Source of the DNA: an uncultured Phycisphaeraceae bacterium
GTDB taxonomy: Bacteria; Planctomycetota; Phycisphaerae; Phycisphaerales; UBA1924
NCBI GenBank assembly: GCA_964571915.1
Contig: CAZNEU010000189.1
Coordinates: 1 to 28,335 of the forward strand
DNA length: 28,335 nucleotides
Direction of reading: 5' to 3'
The position numbers and the translations under genes are program-made. Below, one piece after another: positions 18,949 to 28,335 of this stretch; within the stretch, counting starts at the first letter, position 1, and every line of letters starts with the position of its first letter. The notes beneath the pieces were generated by a model. It worked only from the letters and a program-made list of their open reading frames with translations, had not been told where the DNA came from and ran no database searches.

Positions 18949-20430
18949 ATGCCCACCGCCCCCGCGCCAGTTGACACGCACGCACTCGCCCGGCGTCTGC
19001 GTGCGCTGGGGCAGGACCACGTGCTCAACCTCGAGAGCACGCTCACCCCAGACCGGCGTGCCACCCTCTGGTCGCAACTCGCATCGCTTGATCTCGCGGC
19101 GCTCCCGTCGCTCATCGATCGCTACGTCAAGTCCAAGCCGACCGCCGCCATCGCCGGCACAATCGAACCCGTCGCCGCCTACGCGCTCCATCCGTCCGCC
19201 GCCTCTCCCGCGTGGGACCGCCCCTCGTACACCTCCCGCGGCATCGACCTTCTCCGTTCGGGCAAGGTCGCGGCCTTCACCGTCGCTGGCGGACAAGGCT
19301 CGCGCCTCGGCTTTGAGGGTCCCAAGGGCTGCTACCCCGGCGGCAGTGTTACCGGCAAGCCGCTCTTCGCCTGCCTGGCCGAGTGGATCATCGCCGCCCA
19401 GCGCCGCTGGTGCGCACCCGGCGCCGCCATCCCCTGGTACATCATGACCAGCCCCGCCAACCACGCGGCCACCACCGCTTTCTTCGAGGAGCACCGCTTC
19501 TTCGGCCTGCGGCGCGAGAACGTCATGTTCTTCCCCCAAGGCGTGGCCCCGGCTCTCGAAATCGGTACAGGGCGCCTTCTCATGGCAAGCCCCTGTGAAC
19601 TCTCCCTCGCGCCCGACGGCCACGGCGGCTCTCTCAAGGCCCTCCTCGCGTCCGGCGCCATCGCCGACATGCGCCGCCGCGGCATCGAACACATCAGTTA
19701 CACCCAGATCGATAACCCCCTTGTCAAGGTCATGGATCCGCTCTTTCTCGGCCTGCACGCCTTCGCGCCAGACTCTTCCGCGGAGATGTCCACCAAGATC
19801 GTCGCCAAAGCCCACGCACACGAAAAGGTCGGCCTCCTCTGCCGCGTCGGCCGTGGGGGTGGAGAGGAACGCACCGCGGTCATCGAGTACTCAGACCTCC
19901 CCGCCGAACTGGCCACGGCCACGAACCCCGACGGTTCGCTCCGCTATAACGCCGGCAACATCGCCATCCACATCATCAGCGTGGCCTTCATCGAGCGGCT
20001 CTTCGCCCCCGGCAGCAGCACCGCCATGCCCTGGCACCGGGCCGACAAGAAGATCGCCTGCATCGACCCCGCCACGGGCTCCCGCATCGAGCCCGCCGCG
20101 CCCAACGCCGTGAAACTCGAGATGTTCGTCTTCGATGCCCTCCCCCTCTGCCGTCAGTCGCTCGTCCTCGAGACCGACCGCGAAGAGTTCGCTCCCATCA
20201 AGAACGCGACCGGCCCGGATTCGGTCGAAACCTGCCGCGACATCCAGACCGCCCGCGCCGCACGCTGGCTCATCGCATCCGGCCACGCCGTGCCGGCGCG
20301 CCCGGACGGCTCGCCCGACTGCACGCTCGAACTCAGCCCGCTCGTGGCCCTGGAGTCCGCCGACCTGCGCGGCAAGTCGCTCACCCAGCCCATCACGCCC
20401 GGCTCCAAGGTGAACGTGCAAACGCTGTGA
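18949..20430 (+). CDS. UDPGP-family uridylyltransferase (eukaryote-type UDP-GlcNAc/UDP-glucose pyrophosphorylase)
   Basis: VAGGQGSRLGFEGPKG, WYIMTS, FFPQG, APDGHGG, QIDNPL, HEKVG, VIEYSDL, KLEMFVFDALP, EFAPIKN. Start ATG 18949; 493 aa. Confidence 0.92.
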   Translation: MPTAPAPVDTHALARRLRALGQDHVLNLESTLTPDRRATLWSQLASLDLAALPSLIDRYVKSKPTAAIAGTIEPVAAYALHPSAASPAWDRPSYTSRGIDLLRSGKVAAFTVAGGQGSRLGFEGPKGCYPGGSVTGKPLFACLAEWIIAAQRRWCAPGAAIPWYIMTSPANHAATTAFFEEHRFFGLRRENVMFFPQGVAPALEIGTGRLLMASPCELSLAPDGHGGSLKALLASGAIADMRRRGIEHISYTQIDNPLVKVMDPLFLGLHAFAPDSSAEMSTKIVAKAHAHEKVGLLCRVGRGGGEERTAVIEYSDLPAELATATNPDGSLRYNAGNIAIHIISVAFIERLFAPGSSTAMPWHRADKKIACIDPATGSRIEPAAPNAVKLEMFVFDALPLCRQSLVLETDREEFAPIKNATGPDSVETCRDIQTARAARWLIASGHAVPARPDGSPDCTLELSPLVALESADLRGKSLTQPITPGSKVNVQTL

Positions 20431-21266
20431 ACCCCGCTCTGCCCTCGCCCATCACGCTCCCCGCGGCACTCGCACGCCAGACACGCTTCGTCCGCCTCGC
20501 CGCAGATGCCGAGGGCGGCGCCGGCATCCCCGCGCTGCTCGCCCATCCGGATTGGTCCACGCCCTGCCCCACCGTCATCTGGCTCCACGGCCGCACGGTG
20601 TCCAAAGAACTCGACAACGGTCGCTACCTCCGCTTCCTGCGCGCCGGAATCGCCACCTGCGCCATCGACCTGCCCGGCCACGGCGAACGGCTTGACCCCG
20701 CCTTTCACACGCGCGCCGCCACGCTCGACCTCGTCGCCCTGGGCATCGCGGAGATCGACCGCATTGTCGCCGCGCTCGCGGGCGCCGCCTTTGCAGGCGT
20801 GTTCGATGCCTCCCGCCTCGCACTCGGCGGCATGTCTGCCGGGGGCATGATCACGCTCCGCCGCCTCTGCGACGAGCACCCGTTCCGCTGCGCCTGCATC
20901 GAAGGCGCGGCGGGCAACCTCGAAATGCTCTGCAGCGGCTCGGCACTGCCGCTGGAAAGCCGCCCGCCGCGCATCCACCCGCCCGAACGCGTTGAGCCGC
21001 TGGACCCCAGCCGCCACCTGGCATCGTGGCGGCCCATCCCCCTCCTCGCCCTCCACTCCGAGGCAGACGACGTGGTGCCTCTCGCCTGCATCACCACCTT
21101 TGCCGACTCGCTGCGTGCCCATTACGCGGCGAGCGGTGCCGCCGATGTGCCGGTGGTGGTCCACACCTGGCCCAGCACCGGCGCGCCGCGAGAGCACAAC
21201 GGCTTCGGGCGGGTGGCGGCGGAGGCCAAGACCATCCAACTCGCGTTCCTCCAGCAGCACCTGTAA
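20427..21266 (+). CDS. Alpha/beta hydrolase (esterase, YjfP/FrsA-like)
   Basis: WLHG, nucleophile elbow GGMSAGG, DDVV, EHNG. GTG start overlaps the upstream stop (GTGA). Confidence 0.85.
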   Translation: MNPALPSPITLPAALARQTRFVRLAADAEGGAGIPALLAHPDWSTPCPTVIWLHGRTVSKELDNGRYLRFLRAGIATCAIDLPGHGERLDPAFHTRAATLDLVALGIAEIDRIVAALAGAAFAGVFDASRLALGGMSAGGMITLRRLCDEHPFRCACIEGAAGNLEMLCSGSALPLESRPPRIHPPERVEPLDPSRHLASWRPIPLLALHSEADDVVPLACITTFADSLRAHYAASGAADVPVVVHTWPSTGAPREHNGFGRVAAEAKTIQLAFLQQHL

Positions 21267-21450
21267 CAGAAGTCCCATGCACGGCCGGCGACCCGTTTCC
21301 GAGGGGTGGGCCGGGGCCACCAGCCGGCAGGGCTCGCAGAGGCGAGTTCAGCATTCCGGGGGCTCCTCCAACTGGCCCGCAATCGCTCGCCCGTGCCGTC
21401 CAATAATGATCGAGCCGCCGCCGCGGCATTCACCCCTCACGGAGTCGATC

Positions 21451-23583
21451 ATGGTTGCTACCGCCCGTCGCGTTTCGTCCGCCGCCGCGTTCCTGGCTCT
21501 GGCTGCGGGTGCCGCGCCCCTGGGGCGTGCCGCGACAGGGCGGGACGATGCCAAGCAGCCGGAAGCCAAACTCATCGCCCGCGCGATCCTCTTTGGCAAC
21601 CCGGACAAGGCCCGAGCGCAGATCAGCCCCGACGGCAAGCAGATCGCCTTCCTGGCTCCGCGCGACGGCGTGATGAACGTGTACGTGGCGCCCGTGGGCA
21701 AAATGGATGAGGCGAAGCCGATCACCAGCGAGACCACCCGCGGGATCCGCTCCTACTGGTGGGCCTACACCAGCCAGCACATTCTGTTCACCAACGACCT
21801 GGGCGGCGATGAGAACTGGAAGATCTACGCGGCGGGCGTGAGCACGGGCGTGGCGAAGGACCTCACGCCCATCGACAGCATCGCCGGCCCCGACGGCAAG
21901 CCGATCATGCAGCCAAACGGCAAGCCCCTGCGCCCGACGGCGCGGGTCCAGACGATCAGCCCGAAGTCGCCCGACGTGATCCTCGTGGCTCTGAACGACC
22001 GCGATCCGAAGTTCCACGACCTGTACAAACTCAACATCCGCACCGGTGAGCGCACGCTGGCGTTGCACAACGAGGGCTTCGCCAACTTCATCACCGATGA
22101 CGACTTCAAGCCCGTGCTGGCGGCCAAGCCCCGTCCGGACGGCGGCACCGACCTTCTGAAGTATGCCGGCGTTGGCGAGCGCACGGGCGGCAACGCTCCG
22201 ACAGCGAAATGGGAGCCGTTCCAGAGCGTGGCCTTCGAGGACAACACCTCGACTCGCCCGCTGGATGTGGACAAAGCCGGTACGCATGTGTACATGATCG
22301 ACAGCCGCGAGCGCGACACGGCGGCGGTCGTGAAGGTGGAGATCGCGACGGGCAAGTCGGCGGTGCTGGCCGAGAACGTGAAGGCGGATGCCGCAGGAGC
22401 CGTGATCCATCCGACCCTGAAAACGATGCAGGCGGTGGAATTCAACCACACCCGGACGGAGTGGAAGGTGCTGGACTCTGGGATCAAGGCCGACACCGAT
22501 TACCTGAAGACCGTTGTCGACGGCGACTTTGACATCACCAGCCGCTCGCTGGACGACGCGACGTGGACGGTGGCGTACACCTTCGACAACGCGCCGGCCA
22601 GGACGTATCTCTACGATCGCGCGGCCAGGAAGGCCACGCTGCTCTTCTCCAACGTGGCCGCGCTCGAGGGCCAGACGCTTGCGAAGATGCACCCGCAGAT
22701 GATCACCAGCCGCGACGGGCTGGAACTGGTGAGTTACCTCACCCTGCCGCCCGAGAGCGACACGGACGGCGACGCCCGCCCGGAGAAGCCGCTGCCCACG
22801 GTGCTGCTTGTGCACGGGGGGCCCTGGGCCCGCGACACCTGGGGCTACGCCGCGACCACGCAGTGGCTGGCCAACCGGGGCTACGCGGTGCTGCAGGTGA
22901 ACTTCCGCGGCTCGACGGGGTTCGGCAAGAAGTTCGTGAACGCCTCGAACCGCGAGTGGGCGGGCAAGATGCACGACGACCTGATCGACGGCGTGAACTG
23001 GGCGGTGAAGAGCAAGATCGCCGACGCGAAGAAGACGGCCATCATGGGCGGGTCGTACGGCGGCTACTCAACGCTGGTGGGCGTGACGTTCACGCCCGAG
23101 ACGTTCGCGTGCGGCGTGGACATCGTGGGCCCCTCCAACCTGGCGACGCTCCTGAACACGGTTCCGCCGTACTGGGCGGCCATGCAGGACCGCATGGCCC
23201 GTCAGGTGGGCGACCACCGGACAGAAGAAGGGCGTGCGTTCCTGGCGAGCCGCTCGCCCATCACGTTTGTGGACAAGATCACCAAGCCGCTCCTGATCGG
23301 TCAGGGCGCCAACGACCCGCGCGTGAAGCAGGACGAGAGCGACCAGATCGTGAAGGCGATGCAGAAGAAGAACATCCCCGTCACCTATGTGCTGTACCCG
23401 GACGAGGGCCACGGCTTCCAACGTCCTGAAAACCGCATGAGTTTCTACGCGGTGGCCGAGGCCTTTCTGGCCGAGCACCTGGGCGGACGTGCGGAACCCA
23501 TCGGTGAGGACTTCAAGGGTTCGTCGATCACGGTGCCGACGGGGGCGGAAGGCGTGAAGGGCGTGAAGGAAGCCCTGAAGTAG
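21451..23583 (+). CDS. Secreted S9 family (prolyl oligopeptidase / acylaminoacyl peptidase) peptidase
   Basis: ATG 21451 with GGAG SD. Signal-like N-terminus MVATARRVSSAAAFLALAAGAA. LFGNP, VHGGPWARD, GYAVLQVNFRGSTG, GGSYGG (Ser), DPRV (Asp), EGHG (His). Confidence 0.93.
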   Translation: MVATARRVSSAAAFLALAAGAAPLGRAATGRDDAKQPEAKLIARAILFGNPDKARAQISPDGKQIAFLAPRDGVMNVYVAPVGKMDEAKPITSETTRGIRSYWWAYTSQHILFTNDLGGDENWKIYAAGVSTGVAKDLTPIDSIAGPDGKPIMQPNGKPLRPTARVQTISPKSPDVILVALNDRDPKFHDLYKLNIRTGERTLALHNEGFANFITDDDFKPVLAAKPRPDGGTDLLKYAGVGERTGGNAPTAKWEPFQSVAFEDNTSTRPLDVDKAGTHVYMIDSRERDTAAVVKVEIATGKSAVLAENVKADAAGAVIHPTLKTMQAVEFNHTRTEWKVLDSGIKADTDYLKTVVDGDFDITSRSLDDATWTVAYTFDNAPARTYLYDRAARKATLLFSNVAALEGQTLAKMHPQMITSRDGLELVSYLTLPPESDTDGDARPEKPLPTVLLVHGGPWARDTWGYAATTQWLANRGYAVLQVNFRGSTGFGKKFVNASNREWAGKMHDDLIDGVNWAVKSKIADAKKTAIMGGSYGGYSTLVGVTFTPETFACGVDIVGPSNLATLLNTVPPYWAAMQDRMARQVGDHRTEEGRAFLASRSPITFVDKITKPLLIGQGANDPRVKQDESDQIVKAMQKKNIPVTYVLYPDEGHGFQRPENRMSFYAVAEAFLAEHLGGRAEPIGEDFKGSSITVPTGAEGVKGVKEALK

Positions 23584-23660
23584 TTTGGCACCACGGCAGA
23601 ACGGCGACGGGCGGTGCCGGGAGATGAACCTCAACCCCCGCCGCGCGAGCGCACGCCCTC

Positions 23661-23666
23661 TACAGT
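23661..23666 (+). promoter_or_regulatory. Putative -10 box (TACAGT), 8 nt before the TTG start of the lolC/E-like gene
   Basis: cctcTACAGTcgccccgcTTG. Confidence 0.45.
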
Positions 23667-23674
23667 CGCCCCGC

Positions 23675-25264
23675 TTGTATCACTCGCTGCTCACACGCCG
23701 GTATCTCACGACCAGGCTCATGCCGCTGCTGGCGGCGCTGGCGGTGACGCTGTGCACGGCCATGGTGCTGATCGTGTGGTCGGTGATGGGCGGGTTCCTG
23801 AACATGCTCCTGGCCAGCGGGCGGACCATGGCGGGCGACGTGCTCATCACCTGGCCCACGGTGGGCTTCGCGTACTACGACGACCTGATTGCCCGGCTGG
23901 AGAAGGAGACCGACACGGTCGCGGCGGCCACGCCGATCATCGAGACGCTGGGTGTGGTCAACCTTCCCGACGGGCGGGTGGAGGGCATCCAGGTGAAGGG
24001 GATCGATGCCGCCAGTTATGCACGGGTGGTGGACTTTGACGCCTCGCTGTGGTGGCGGCCGCTCGAGCGGCCGGTGAAGAAGGACCGCGACCGCCAGGAC
24101 CTGCGCCTGAGCCCCGAGTATCAGGAGCGTCTGGGACGGACCTTGGACGATGGGCTGGCGATGAGCCAGGCGGACCGTGGGGGCACGGGCGGGCAGGGGG
24201 GCGTGGTGGAACGGCCCGCCATGGTGACGGGGATCGAACTGCTGGGGCTCTCGCAGCGGGAGACGCAGGGTTTTTATTCCATCAAACGCTGGGGCAAGCC
24301 GGACGTGGCGGGCGACGTCGAGATGAAACAAGTCTTCGCACCCAACGCGGAGGTGACGCTGCGCGTGCTGCCGCTGGACAAAAAGGGGCGGACGATCGAC
24401 CTGGCCTCACGCGTGTTTCCCGTGGCCAACGAGTTCCGCACGGGCATCTTCGAGATTGACCGCCGGACCGCCCTGGTGCCCCTGCCCACGCTTCAACGCA
24501 TGCTGAAGATGGACGCGGCCAAGCGGCTGAACACGACCGACCTCGACACGTCGGCGGTGGAGCGCGACCCCGCGAGCGGACGCGAGGCCTTCGGCGAGGT
24601 GCGCACGCTTGGCGAAGAGCCGGCACGGGCCACCACCGTGCTCGTGCGGGCCCGGCCGGGCGTGTCGCCCGAGGCACTCCGCGACCGCTGCCTGGGCGTG
24701 TACGCGGACTTCGCAGCGGCCCGCGGCAAGGCCGTGCCGGCGCACATCCTGATGACGAGCAACCGGCTGATCCGCACGTGGGAGGAGAACAACGCGCAGT
24801 TGGTGGGCGCGGTGAAGAAGGAGACCATCGTGGTGCTCTCCATCCTCACGTTCATCTCGGTCACGGCATCGTTCCTCATCCTGGCGATCTTCTGGGCAAT
24901 GGTGAGCGAGAAGACGCGCGATGTGGGCATTCTGCGGGCGGTGGGCGCGAGCCGCGCGGGCGTGGCGTGGCTGTGGCTGCGGTACGGCCTGGCGATCGGC
25001 CTGGTGGGGTCGGCGTGCGGCGGGCTGCTCGCCTTCGGCGTGATCCACAACATCAACGAGATTCACGACTACCTGGGAGCACAGTTCCAGGTGGCGGTGT
25101 GGGACCCCAAGGTCTATTACTTCACGGAGATCCCCAGCGTGGTGGAGCCGTGGAAGGCGGCGCTGGTGCTCTCGTGCGGCCTGTTCTTCTCCGTTGTGGG
25201 TGCGCTCATCCCCGCCATACGCGCGGCGAGCATGGACCCGGTCCAGGCGTTGCGGTTTGAGTAG
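23675..25264 (+). CDS. LolC/E-like (MacB/FtsX family) ABC permease
   Basis: Start inferred at TTG 23675 (xYHSLLTRRYL). TM1 LLAALAVTLCTAMVLIVWSVMGGF, EKTRDVGILRAVGA, VYYFTEIPS, C-terminal DPVQALRFE. Confidence 0.88.
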   Translation: MYHSLLTRRYLTTRLMPLLAALAVTLCTAMVLIVWSVMGGFLNMLLASGRTMAGDVLITWPTVGFAYYDDLIARLEKETDTVAAATPIIETLGVVNLPDGRVEGIQVKGIDAASYARVVDFDASLWWRPLERPVKKDRDRQDLRLSPEYQERLGRTLDDGLAMSQADRGGTGGQGGVVERPAMVTGIELLGLSQRETQGFYSIKRWGKPDVAGDVEMKQVFAPNAEVTLRVLPLDKKGRTIDLASRVFPVANEFRTGIFEIDRRTALVPLPTLQRMLKMDAAKRLNTTDLDTSAVERDPASGREAFGEVRTLGEEPARATTVLVRARPGVSPEALRDRCLGVYADFAAARGKAVPAHILMTSNRLIRTWEENNAQLVGAVKKETIVVLSILTFISVTASFLILAIFWAMVSEKTRDVGILRAVGASRAGVAWLWLRYGLAIGLVGSACGGLLAFGVIHNINEIHDYLGAQFQVAVWDPKVYYFTEIPSVVEPWKAALVLSCGLFFSVVGALIPAIRAASMDPVQALRFE

Positions 25265-25305
25265 CGAGCGCGTGCGCGTGCGCGACACGCGCCTCATCGG
25301 AACGG

Positions 25306-25340
25306 CGGAACTCTGAACCTTGAACTCTGAACTTTGACCC
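25306..25340 (+). repeat. Heptamer tandem (half-element) of the YTGAACT family between lolC/E and lolD
   Basis: CGGAACT-CTGAACC-TTGAACT-CTGAACT-TTGACCC; same unit as the right arm at 18847-18874. Confidence 0.85.
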
Positions 25341-25368
25341 TTTTCCCCGCACGACACACACGCCCGGC

Positions 25369-26133
25369 ATGACCTCCTTCTCTGCCAACCCAACGCTTGA
25401 CGTTGCACCGCCGGTGCCTGCGGCGTACCTGTCTGCGCACAACGTCCATAAGACGTATCTGCTGGGTCGGGTGGAGGTGCCGGTGCTGCGCGGCGTGTCG
25501 ATCTCGGTCGCCAAGGGCGAGTGGGTTGCGATCCTGGGTGCTTCGGGCTCGGGCAAGAGCACCCTTCTGCACCTGCTGGGCGGGCTCGACCGGCCCGACC
25601 GGGGGCTGGGCGCCGTCTCCTTCGACGGGCGCAGCGTGACGGCGTTCTCCGCGGGCGCGATCGACATCTACCGCAACACGAGCGTGGGCTTTGTCTTCCA
25701 GTTCTACCACCTGCTGCCGGAACTGAACGTGATGGAGAACGTGCTGGTGAGCGCCATGATCCGCCACGGCCGGTTCGGGTTCAGCCGCCGCGCACCGGAC
25801 CTGCGCCGACGGGCGGCCGATCTGCTGAATCTTTTCGGCCTGGGGCACCGATTGCGGCACAGGCCCAGCGAGCTCTCCGGCGGCGAACGCCAGCGCGTGG
25901 CGATCGCCCGGGCCCTCATCAACCAGCCGCCCGTGCTGCTGGCCGACGAGCCGACGGGCAACCTGGACAAGGCGGCGGGCCGGGCCATTCTGGAACTCAT
26001 TGACGAACGCCGGCGTGCCGCGGCACTGACGGTGGTGATGGTTACGCACGATCCGGACGTGGCGGCGCGGGCCGATCGCGTGGTCCGGCTTCTGGACGGA
26101 CGGATGGACGAAGCAGGGGCACGCGGCGGCTGA
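25369..26133 (+). CDS. lolD: LolD-like ABC ATP-binding protein
   Basis: Walker A GASGSGKSTL, FVFQFYHLL, signature LSGGERQRVAIARAL, Walker B VLLADEPTGNLD, VTHD. Confidence 0.88.
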   Translation: MTSFSANPTLDVAPPVPAAYLSAHNVHKTYLLGRVEVPVLRGVSISVAKGEWVAILGASGSGKSTLLHLLGGLDRPDRGLGAVSFDGRSVTAFSAGAIDIYRNTSVGFVFQFYHLLPELNVMENVLVSAMIRHGRFGFSRRAPDLRRRAADLLNLFGLGHRLRHRPSELSGGERQRVAIARALINQPPVLLADEPTGNLDKAAGRAILELIDERRRAAALTVVMVTHDPDVAARADRVVRLLDGRMDEAGARGG

Positions 26134-26242
26134 TGCTGTTCGAGAACCTTGATGTACGGGTCCGGTTGGGCACCTTCAACCCGCGGTCCGGCCTCTCTTA
26201 TGATGGTGAACACGCTCGTTTCGTCAACGGCCCCGTTTCGGT

Positions 26243-27151
26243 ATGTCCACCCGCCTCGCGACCAACCCGACGACGGCGAACACCGGTGGAGGACTGCCCG
26301 CGGCGATGCTGCCCGCCCGCCTCACCCTCTGGCCCGTACACCCCGGCGACACCAGCGTGGGGGCCATCAACGCGAAGGTGATTGACATTCTGCCGCTCCG
26401 TCCCACGACCGCAGCGCGCGTCGTGTTCCTGCACGGGCTGGTCGGCCTGAACGACCACTGGGAAGAGGTCGTCCGGCTGGCGCGTGAGCGCGTGCCATGC
26501 ACGCTCTTCGAACTGCCGCTGCTGGAACTGCGGGGCGAGCACTGCTCCATCGAGGGTGTGGCGAGATTGACGGAGCGCTTCCTGCGTGAGCACGTGGGCG
26601 GCCCCAGCGTGCTGGTGGGCAACTCCTTCGGCGGGCACGTGGCGCTGCGGATGGCGATCGAGCGCCCGGACCTGGTGCGTGGCCTCGTGCTGGCGGGTTC
26701 GAGCGGGCTGATCGAGGCTTCCATCGTGGCCGAAGTGCAGATCCGCCCGAGCCGCGAATGGCTGGAGAGGAAGATCGGGGAGTTGTTCTTTGACCAATCG
26801 AAGATGCGCCCCAGCGACGTGGACCGCGCCCACGCCGAACTCAGCCAGCGCGGGCGGGCACGGGCCATGGTCAGGCTCAGCCGCTCCGCCCGACGCGACG
26901 TGCTCCGCGACCAGGTGGGAAGCATCGCCGCCCCCACGCTGTTGATCTGGGGCCGGCAGGACGTGGTCACGCCGCCCGAGGCCGCGGAGCGGTTCCACAC
27001 GCTGATCCGCGGCTCGCGGCTGGAGTGGCTGGACGGGTGCGGGCACGTGCCCATGATCGAGCACCCCGGCCCCTTCGCCGCGGCGCTGGTGCAGTTCGTG
27101 CAGGCGCTGGCCGAGCGGCCGTGCGACGGCACCCCACGAGGGGCGGGCTGA
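26243..27151 (+). CDS. Alpha/beta hydrolase fold protein
   Basis: VFLHGL, GNSFGG nucleophile, IWGRQD, CGHVP. Start uncertain (26243, 26306 or later). Confidence 0.88.
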   Translation: MSTRLATNPTTANTGGGLPAAMLPARLTLWPVHPGDTSVGAINAKVIDILPLRPTTAARVVFLHGLVGLNDHWEEVVRLARERVPCTLFELPLLELRGEHCSIEGVARLTERFLREHVGGPSVLVGNSFGGHVALRMAIERPDLVRGLVLAGSSGLIEASIVAEVQIRPSREWLERKIGELFFDQSKMRPSDVDRAHAELSQRGRARAMVRLSRSARRDVLRDQVGSIAAPTLLIWGRQDVVTPPEAAERFHTLIRGSRLEWLDGCGHVPMIEHPGPFAAALVQFVQALAERPCDGTPRGAG

Positions 27152-27153
27152 GC

Positions 27154-28335
27154 GTGGCCTGGACCGCGGCCGTTGGTGCCGGTCTTGCAGCCGTGCTCGC
27201 ACCACGGGTGCGCAGGCTGTCCGACACGCGCCACTGGCAGGCCCGCACGACGGCGATTCAGGTGCGGCAACTGCGGATGCTGTTGGAGACCGCGGCGGCG
27301 ACCGTGTTCGGACGCGCGCACGGGTTCTCCAAACTCGCGCGCTCGGGCGACGCGGAGTTGGTGGGGGCGTATCGAGCAGAGGTGCCTGCCACGGACTATG
27401 AGGCCTTCCGACCGCTCGTGGCCCGCATGAGGGAGCACGGCGAGCCCCACGTGCTCTGGCCGGGCCTGGTCAAGCACTTTGCCCAGACCAGCGGCACCAC
27501 GTCCGGCGACAAGTTCATCCCCGTGTCGCGCGAGATGCTGGGCAGCAACCGCCGCGCGGCGCTGGATATTTTCGCCAATGCGCAGCGCATGGGTGTGAGC
27601 CTGCCGGGCCTGCTGGCGGGCAAGGCGCTGTTCCTGGGGGGCAGCACGAGTCTGGAGACCAACCAGCACGGCATCATGACGGGCGACCTGTCGGGGCTGG
27701 TGACACCGATGATCCGCTGGCCGCTCTCGGCGATCTATCTGCCCGGCAAACGTATCGCCCTCATGAGCGACTGGCCCGCCAAGATCGATGCCATGGCTCG
27801 GGCGAGCGTTGACGAGGATGTCCGCATGGTCAGCGGCATGCCCAGTTGGATGCTGGTGCTGTTCGAGCGGGTGCTGGAACTGGCCCGCGAGCGCGGGCGA
27901 CACCCCCACGCCCGCACGATCTCCTCTGTGTGGCCCAATCTGCGTCTGGTGGTTCATGGCGGCGTGAAGTACAGCCCCTTCGCCCCGCGTGTGCGGGCCG
28001 CGTGGTCGGGCGGCAGCGAGGGTGCTGATGTGCCGCAGCGCCTCGAGTTGTACCCCGCCAGCGAGGGCTTCATCGCCATGCAGGACACACGCGGCGACCC
28101 CGGCATGCGTCTGCTCAGCGACATCGGCAACTTTTACGAGTTCATCCCGCTGGAGCGCGTACACGATGCCAGTCCGCCCGCGTTCACCTGCGATCGCGTG
28201 GAGAAAGGGCAGAAGTACGTCGTGTGCATGAGCACCTGCGCCGGCCTGTGGCGCTACATCATCGGCGATGTGGTCGAGTTCGACACCATCCCCGGCGACC
28301 TTCACGGGCGCGGCGGCGACGGCCCGGCCCGCCTG
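27154..28335 (+). CDS. GH3-family acyl-acid amido synthetase-like protein (partial, runs off the window)
   Basis: Absent from the ORF track because no stop falls in the window. Open from GTG 27154: VPATDYE, AQTSGTTSGDKFIPVS, SGMPSWML, WPNL, HGGVKYSPF, YPASEGFIA, FYEFIP, GLWRYIIGDVV. Confidence 0.9.
   Translation, partial: MAWTAAVGAGLAAVLAPRVRRLSDTRHWQARTTAIQVRQLRMLLETAAATVFGRAHGFSKLARSGDAELVGAYRAEVPATDYEAFRPLVARMREHGEPHVLWPGLVKHFAQTSGTTSGDKFIPVSREMLGSNRRAALDIFANAQRMGVSLPGLLAGKALFLGGSTSLETNQHGIMTGDLSGLVTPMIRWPLSAIYLPGKRIALMSDWPAKIDAMARASVDEDVRMVSGMPSWMLVLFERVLELARERGRHPHARTISSVWPNLRLVVHGGVKYSPFAPRVRAAWSGGSEGADVPQRLELYPASEGFIAMQDTRGDPGMRLLSDIGNFYEFIPLERVHDASPPAFTCDRVEKGQKYVVCMSTCAGLWRYIIGDVVEFDTIPGDLHGRGGDGPARL

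Noticed and set aside
21451-21530. Tat signal peptide on the S9 peptidase (ARRVSS)
   Set aside because: It lacks the S/T-R-R-x-F-L consensus, so it is treated as a generic signal peptide.
25262-25295. Rho-independent terminator after lolC/E
   Set aside because: There is a 7-bp stem but no following U-tract, so it is noted only as part of the repeat region.

Overview
GC-rich bacterial chromosomal window, probably from a Planctomycetota (Phycisphaerae-like) genome. The taxonomy is inferred from gene content and style only: very long FliD, eukaryote-type UDP-sugar pyrophosphorylase, FHA-fused secretion ATPase, and a LolC/E N-terminus YHSLLTRRYL. Most of the window is housekeeping genes: serS-psuG-yeiH, sucC, eno, two phoU paralogs, fliD-fliS, an S9 peptidase, lolC/E-lolD, hydrolases and a partial GH3 gene. 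Two small accessory cassettes sit between them: DUF4160/DUF2442 and DUF4365/HicA-like. There is no rRNA, tRNA, CRISPR array, integrase or transposase. Main non-obvious signals: (1) a family of heptamer-armed hairpin elements with shared AGGCA...TGCCT termini, one copy inserted in frame in sucC, adding about 37 codons next to the nucleotide-binding loop; (2) two otherwise intact genes each interrupted by an in-frame TAA followed by CTC; (3) TANNNT -10 boxes 5-9 nt before at least eight start codons that lack a Shine-Dalgarno sequence, suggesting widespread leaderless mRNAs; (4) an orphan FHA-GspE/PilB ATPase fusion; (5) a lolC/E-lolD-hydrolase-GH3 gene run. All assignments come from motif recognition by eye; no searches were run.
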